Of a stretch of 64,000 bases of DNA, positions 55,782-64,000 are shown piece by piece. The notes under the pieces are model-generated. The model was not told the DNA's origin. It ran no database searches and was given only the letters and a program-made list of their open reading frames with translations. The stretch lies in NCBI GenBank assembly GCA_045807245.1, contig JBJMHS010000008.1, forward strand, positions 62,001 through 126,000. Reading direction: 5' to 3'. How positions within the stretch are numbered: the stretch's first letter is position 1; every line of letters starts with the position of its first letter. Both the position numbers and the translations under genes were made by a program. Source of the DNA: Actinomycetales bacterium (lineage in GTDB: Bacteria; Actinomycetota; Actinomycetes; Actinomycetales; CAVURS01).

Positions 55782-55908
55782 CCGGGCTGCAGGGAGTGCG
55801 CCGGGCGGCAGGGAGTGCGCCGGGCTGCAGGGAGTGCGCCGGGCGGCAGGGAGTGCGCCGGGCGGCAGGGAGTGCGCCGGGCTGCAGGGAGTACGCCGGG
55901 CGGCAGGG
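55782..55908. repeat. 19-bp tandem repeat (VNTR), ~6.7 copies
   Basis: CCGGGC(T/G)GCAGGGAGTGCG units starting at 55782, 55801, 55820, 55839, 55858, 55877, and a partial unit at 55896. Confidence 0.92.
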
Positions 55909-55927
55909 GCGGTGCGGCGCTGTGTGC

Positions 55928-56893
55928 TCAGCCGCCGTCAGCGGCACCGACGGAGGAGAGCTCCTGCGCTCGGCGCCGCCGGGCGAACATTCCGGGGGCC
56001 CGGGCCGGCAGACCCAGGTGCCGGCGGACGAGCCACCACATCGGCGGGGCGACCAGCAGGGCGGCGATGAGGAGCATCGCCGTCGTCCGCGTGCTGACGT
56101 CGAACAGCTTCAGCGACGACGCGAGCAGCACGAAGGCCAGCGCACGCCGGACCAGGCCACCGGGGAGCCGGGCCGACATGTGCGCGCCGACGTAGACGCC
56201 GGGGATGCTGCCGACCAGCAGCGGGCCGGTGATCGAGAGCTGGAAGTCGCCGAACAGCAGGTGCCCCAACGCCGCCGACATGACGAGCGGAACGGCCTGC
56301 ACGAGGTCGGTTCCGACCAGCTCCGACGCCTTGAGGCCGGGGTAGATCATCATCAGCGAGATGATGATCAGCGATCCGGAGCCGACCGACGTCATGCCGA
56401 CGACGACGCCGCCGACGATGCCGATGAGGACCGTCTGCACGGGCCGGACTGCGACCCGGGGCTTGTCCTGCGGCAGGGGAGCGCCGCGGCCGTCCGCCGT
56501 ACGGGCCCGCTCGAGCAGGCGGATGTAGGCCCGCGCGATCAGCCCGAAGGCGGCGACGAGCAAGGCGACCGCGAGCGCGGTCTTGATCACGTTCTGGACG
56601 TGTTCGCCGTTCCCGAGCGACTTGGCGATCAGCACGCCGGCAAAGGCCGCGGGGACCGAGCCCACACACAGCCACCCCACCAGCTTCAGATGGACGGTGC
56701 CCCGCCGGAGGTGCACGAACGAACCGACGGGCTTCATCACCGCAGCGGCGACGAGGTCGCTCGACACCGCGGTCAGCGGCGGCACGTTGAAGAAGAGCAC
56801 GAGCACGGGCGTCATCAGCGCGCCGCCGCCCATACCGGTCAGGCCGACGACCATTCCGACACCGCAGGCCGCCAGGGCCAGGGTCCAGTCCAT
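55928..56893 (-). CDS. TSUP (TauE/SafE) family sulfur-oxyanion transporter
   Basis: VGLTGMGGGALMTP, AVSSDL, GSVP, VGMTSVGSGS, VGTDL, GSIPG two-fold repeat. Confidence 0.9.
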   Translation of the reverse strand: MDWTLALAACGVGMVVGLTGMGGGALMTPVLVLFFNVPPLTAVSSDLVAAAVMKPVGSFVHLRRGTVHLKLVGWLCVGSVPAAFAGVLIAKSLGNGEHVQNVIKTALAVALLVAAFGLIARAYIRLLERARTADGRGAPLPQDKPRVAVRPVQTVLIGIVGGVVVGMTSVGSGSLIIISLMMIYPGLKASELVGTDLVQAVPLVMSAALGHLLFGDFQLSITGPLLVGSIPGVYVGAHMSARLPGGLVRRALAFVLLASSLKLFDVSTRTTAMLLIAALLVAPPMWWLVRRHLGLPARAPGMFARRRRAQELSSVGAADGG

Positions 56894-58303
56894 TTAGCTC
56901 TCCGACTTCGCGAGGGTGGTGCGGGAAGGGTCGTGGTCGGCGGCGCTGCCGTCGTCGATGAGGCCCCGCGAGCGCAGCAGGTCGAGCACCTGTCCCAGCG
57001 CCGTCTCGCGAGAGACCTGCGACGTGTCGACGGCCAGGTCCGCGTCGGTGGGCACGTCGTACGGGTCGCTGATGCCGGTGAACTCGGGGATGAGGCCGGC
57101 CCGCGCCTTCGCGTACAGCCCCTTGAGGTCACGCCGCTCGCACTCCTCGAGCGGCGTGGACACGTGGACCAGGACGAACTCGCCCACCGGCTCGACCATG
57201 GCCCGGACGGCGGCCCGGCTCTCGGCGTACGGCGCGATCGGTGCGCAGACGGCCAGGCCGCCGTGTCGCGCGATCTCGCTGCCCACGTAGCCGATCCGCC
57301 GGACGTTCAGGTCGCGGCCCGCTCGGTCGAAGCCGAGCCCGGACGAGAGCAGGCGTCGTACGTCGTCACCATCCAACAGGCTCACGGTGCGCGCGGTGTA
57401 CTCGACGACGTGCGCGGCCAAGTCACGCGCCAGCGTGGACTTGCCCGATCCGGAGAAGCCGGTGAACAGGATCATGGCGCCGCGCCGGGAGGGCACGGGC
57501 CGCCAGCGGCGCAGCTCGGCCAGCACGGCCGGCTCGGCGACCTGGGGGAGCTGCTCGGGCCGGTCGAGGGCGGCGACCAGCCGGCCCCAGGCCGCCCCGC
57601 CGGTCACCAACGTGGTGGCGGTGGCGCCGTACGCCGCTCCCAGCGACCGCGCGAGGGCCTCGTCGGAGGCGGCGTCGCGCCAGGCGACGGGTACGGCGAC
57701 GACGTGCCCGAGGGGGCCGAGGCCGTCCACGACCGGCCAGACGGCTCGCATCAAGGTGACCGGCGGCAGCCCGTCCGGCGTCGGCCCCTCGACCGGCACG
57801 AGGACGAGCAGCTCGCCGCCGTCGCCGGCCAGATGGTCGACGTCGTCGGACAGCAGCGGCCGCCCGGTCACGACGACCCGGCGAGGGCCGGCCGGCGTAC
57901 CGAGCTTGTCCGGAGTCGCGGCCCGGTCGAGGAACAGCCGGGTCTCGCGGGCCCGCAGAGGCAGCACCGTGCCCTGCAGCAGGACGTGACCATCCGCGTG
58001 CGACTCGCCGTCCGCTACGGCGAGCGGCTGACTCAGGTCGCCCAATGCGGCGATCGGCGTCTGCTCGCGGTCGCAGAGCACCAGTGAGCCGGCCGTCAGC
58101 GCCTGCTCGGCCAGGTCGGCCGGCACGGTCACTGCCGTGCTGCTGCCGCTGGGCTCACCGGCGGCCGCGCCGGACAGGCTGCCGCCCAGGACGGGCCAGG
58201 GCAGCGTGACGCCGTCCAGCACGAGCTGGAGGTCGGCGACCGCACGGTCGGTCAGCTGCAGCACCGGCGAACCGGAGGCAGCGAGCTGCTCGGTGGGTGT
58301 CAC
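56894..58303 (-). CDS. cysC: Adenylyl-sulfate kinase with N-terminal degenerate Sat-type ATP sulfurylase domain
   Basis: C-terminal FTGFSGSGKST, LDGDDVR, CERRDLKGLYAKAR, FTGISDPY; N-terminal Sat-like remnants lacking QxRNPxHxxH. Confidence 0.88.
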   Translation of the reverse strand: MTPTEQLAASGSPVLQLTDRAVADLQLVLDGVTLPWPVLGGSLSGAAAGEPSGSSTAVTVPADLAEQALTAGSLVLCDREQTPIAALGDLSQPLAVADGESHADGHVLLQGTVLPLRARETRLFLDRAATPDKLGTPAGPRRVVVTGRPLLSDDVDHLAGDGGELLVLVPVEGPTPDGLPPVTLMRAVWPVVDGLGPLGHVVAVPVAWRDAASDEALARSLGAAYGATATTLVTGGAAWGRLVAALDRPEQLPQVAEPAVLAELRRWRPVPSRRGAMILFTGFSGSGKSTLARDLAAHVVEYTARTVSLLDGDDVRRLLSSGLGFDRAGRDLNVRRIGYVGSEIARHGGLAVCAPIAPYAESRAAVRAMVEPVGEFVLVHVSTPLEECERRDLKGLYAKARAGLIPEFTGISDPYDVPTDADLAVDTSQVSRETALGQVLDLLRSRGLIDDGSAADHDPSRTTLAKSES

Positions 58304-58520
58304 GGGGCTCCGTCGAGGGGTCGGAGTGTGCTCTCGGCCAGGGAGGCAAGAAACTTGACTAAGACGCTAGGGGATCTCTATCTCATCGGGTCCAGTGTGC
58401 GCCATCGCGGCGCGGCGCGGAGGCGGTTCCGCGACGTCGTAGGGTTGGGTTGAGCCTTCGCGCGCGGGCCGGATGCCCAGCCGACACTCTCAGTACACAC
58501 CCGAACACGACGTGGAGACC

Positions 58521-62183
<3,663 letters not shown>

Positions 62184-62213
62184 CAGCGGGCGGACAGCGA
62201 AGGAGTCGGAGGG

Positions 62214-62804
62214 GTGTCGGTGAGCGTCGTGAGGACCGGGGCGGGCCGGGTTCGCCGGGGTCGGCTCCTGGCCGTAGGGGCTCTGGTCCCCGCGGCGGCC
62301 CTGCTGCTGTCGGGCTGCGGCAAGGGCGGCGTCGCCGCGACCATCGACGGGCGCACCATCACGGTCGAGCAGCTCCACTCCGCCGTGGCCAGCCTCAAGG
62401 CGGCGGACCGGCAGGCGTTCAGCAGTGTCACCGACGCCCAGGTCCTGCAGGTGTACCTCTACGCGCCGTACGCCGAGCATGCCGCCAGCGCCGCCGGCAA
62501 GGGCATCTCGGACGACGAGGTGCGCCAGGCCATCTCCTCGGCCGCCAGCCAGAACAACGACAAGACATCGCGGCCGAACCGGCTGAACGGCGAGGCGCTC
62601 GCGGTCCTGCGCGGCAACCTGGCCCTGTCGCAGCTGGACGACGCCGCGAAGAACGACATCTTCCAGCAGCTCCAGCGCGCGGACGTCGAGATCAGCCCCC
62701 GCTACGGCACCTACGACGCGAAGAAGGGCACCATTACGGCGCCCAGCCCGAACTGGCTGGAGCCCACGGCGACCCCGTCCGCCCGCCCGTCGCCGACCGG
62801 CTGA
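62214..62804 (+). CDS. Lipoprotein with SurA N-terminal-like domain
   Basis: Lipobox LSGC, AATIDG..IT...L, V.ISPRYG; position between mfd and mazG. Confidence 0.7.
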   Translation: MSVSVVRTGAGRVRRGRLLAVGALVPAAALLLSGCGKGGVAATIDGRTITVEQLHSAVASLKAADRQAFSSVTDAQVLQVYLYAPYAEHAASAAGKGISDDEVRQAISSAASQNNDKTSRPNRLNGEALAVLRGNLALSQLDDAAKNDIFQQLQRADVEISPRYGTYDAKKGTITAPSPNWLEPTATPSARPSPTG

Positions 62805-62812
62805 GGCCAGCC

Positions 62813-63889
62813 GTGTCCGGGGGCCTCACGCTGCTCCTGAGCTCTCCGCGCGTGTCCGCCGGCCTGCTGTCCTGGTCGGCCTGGCAGGCGCTCACCTCGG
62901 CCGACCTCGTTCTCGCCCGGGACAGCCCGCACGCCCAGGAGCCCGCGCTCGTGCAGGCGGCGGTCAACGTCCGGCACGCCGGGACGGGGCCACCGCAAGA
63001 GACGGCCCGCGAGCTCGTGCGCGAGGCGCGGGGTGCTGCCGTGGTGTGGCTCGGCTCCGCCGACGGTGACCCGGGTCTGACCGATGCCCTGGCCGGCGAG
63101 CTGTCCCGGGTGGCAGTGGGCGAGGACCCACCGCCGGTCGAGGTGCTCGTCGGCAGCCACGACGTCCCTGGGGCCCGCCTGCTCGACCTGGTCGCGGTCA
63201 TGGACCGGCTGAGATCGGCCGGAGGCTGTCCATGGGACGCCGAGCAGACTCACGAGAGCCTCACGCCGTACCTGATCGAGGAGGCCTACGAGACAGCGGA
63301 GGCCATCGAGAGCGGCGACCGGGAGGCCCTGCAGGAGGAGCTGGGCGACGTCCTGCTCCAGGTCGCGTTCCACGCCCGCGTCGCCGAGGAGGACCCCGAG
63401 CGGCCGTTCGACATCGACGACGTAGCGGGCGGCATCGTGGCCAAGCTGGTCCGCCGTCACCCGCACGTGTTCGGCCCCGACGCGGGCTCCGAGCCGACGG
63501 GGCTCGAACAGGTTCGGACCGCGGCCCACGTCGAGGCCAACTGGGACCGGATCAAGGCCGCCGAGAAGCAGCGGGCGAGCGTCCTGGACGGCATCCCGCT
63601 CGCGCTTCCCGCATTGGCTCGGGCCGACGCCGTGCTCGGCCGGATGGCGCGCGCCGGGCTGTCCGAGGTCGCGGCGGAGCGGCCGGGCGCCGCGGACGGC
63701 GGCGCCGAACCGGCCGGGACCTGGGACAGCTCGACCGTTGGTGAAAGGCTGCTCGCCGTGGTGACCGAGGCCCGGGCGGCCGGCGTCGACCCGGAGGCTG
63801 CGCTGCGGGCAGCGGTCCGGGCGCTGGAGGAGCGGGCGCGCGCTGCCGAGCTCGCGTCCGCCGCCTCGCCCGGGACGGTCGCACGATGA
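62813..63889 (+). CDS. mazG: MazG nucleoside triphosphate pyrophosphohydrolase
   Basis: MDRLR..CPWD.EQTH.SL..YLIEE.YE, EELGDVLLQ, KL.RRHPHVF, DPE.ALR. Confidence 0.92.
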   Translation: MSGGLTLLLSSPRVSAGLLSWSAWQALTSADLVLARDSPHAQEPALVQAAVNVRHAGTGPPQETARELVREARGAAVVWLGSADGDPGLTDALAGELSRVAVGEDPPPVEVLVGSHDVPGARLLDLVAVMDRLRSAGGCPWDAEQTHESLTPYLIEEAYETAEAIESGDREALQEELGDVLLQVAFHARVAEEDPERPFDIDDVAGGIVAKLVRRHPHVFGPDAGSEPTGLEQVRTAAHVEANWDRIKAAEKQRASVLDGIPLALPALARADAVLGRMARAGLSEVAAERPGAADGGAEPAGTWDSSTVGERLLAVVTEARAAGVDPEAALRAAVRALEERARAAELASAASPGTVAR

Positions 63890-64000
63890 GCGAGCCGGAG
63901 CGCGAGACCCCCGCGTCGCTGGTGCGCTACCGCGGCACGGCGACGCGCGTGCTGGACGCGTTGCTCGAGTCCGAGCCGGTCTGGGCGACCCAGCTGGGTG
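63886..64000 (+). CDS. Partial CDS running off the window end (possibly DUF885-like)
   Basis: ATGA overlap with the mazG stop; MSEPERETPASLVRYRGTATRVLDALLESEPVWATQLG; open to the window end. Confidence 0.45.
   Translation, partial: MSEPERETPASLVRYRGTATRVLDALLESEPVWATQLG

Noticed and set aside
55782..55908. Possible CRISPR array
   Set aside because: Units are head-to-tail with no unique spacers, only 19 bp long, and no cas genes are present
21764..58520. Mobile genomic island, ICE or prophage
   Set aside because: No integrase, transposase, tRNA-end duplication or flanking direct repeats seen, and base composition looks host-like; treated as an accessory locus

Overview
High-GC actinobacterial chromosome segment (Actinomycetia). 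Two blocks of conserved core genes flank a ~36-kb accessory locus. The left block is pmt, rsmI, metG, tatD, rpfB-rsmA-ispE, tamR/tam, a desaturase operon, tRNA-Gln and glmU-prs-rplY-pth; the right block is mfd, a lipoprotein gene and mazG. The accessory locus (~21.8-58.3 kb, between pth and mfd) reads as a self-contained Wzx/Wzy-type pathway for a heavily sulfated surface polysaccharide or exopolysaccharide. It carries a priming sugar transferase, only two further glycosyltransferases, five sulfotransferases, its own PAPS supply and recycling set (cysQ, cysD, cysN, cysC fused to a decayed Sat domain, TSUP transporter), a Wzy-Wzz fusion, a pseudokinase co-polymerase, an APH-like kinase and a flippase. 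It also encodes two GH26-like proteins and five exported beta-propeller/malectin/PKD/FN3/RCC1 proteins. Non-coding highlights: a structurally atypical tRNA-Gln(UUG), a SoxR-type 19-bp-spacer promoter, a structured and possibly switching rpfB leader, TamR and desaturase operators, BldD-like boxes, many leaderless promoters and a 19-bp VNTR. All assignments come from motif recognition by eye; no database searches were run.
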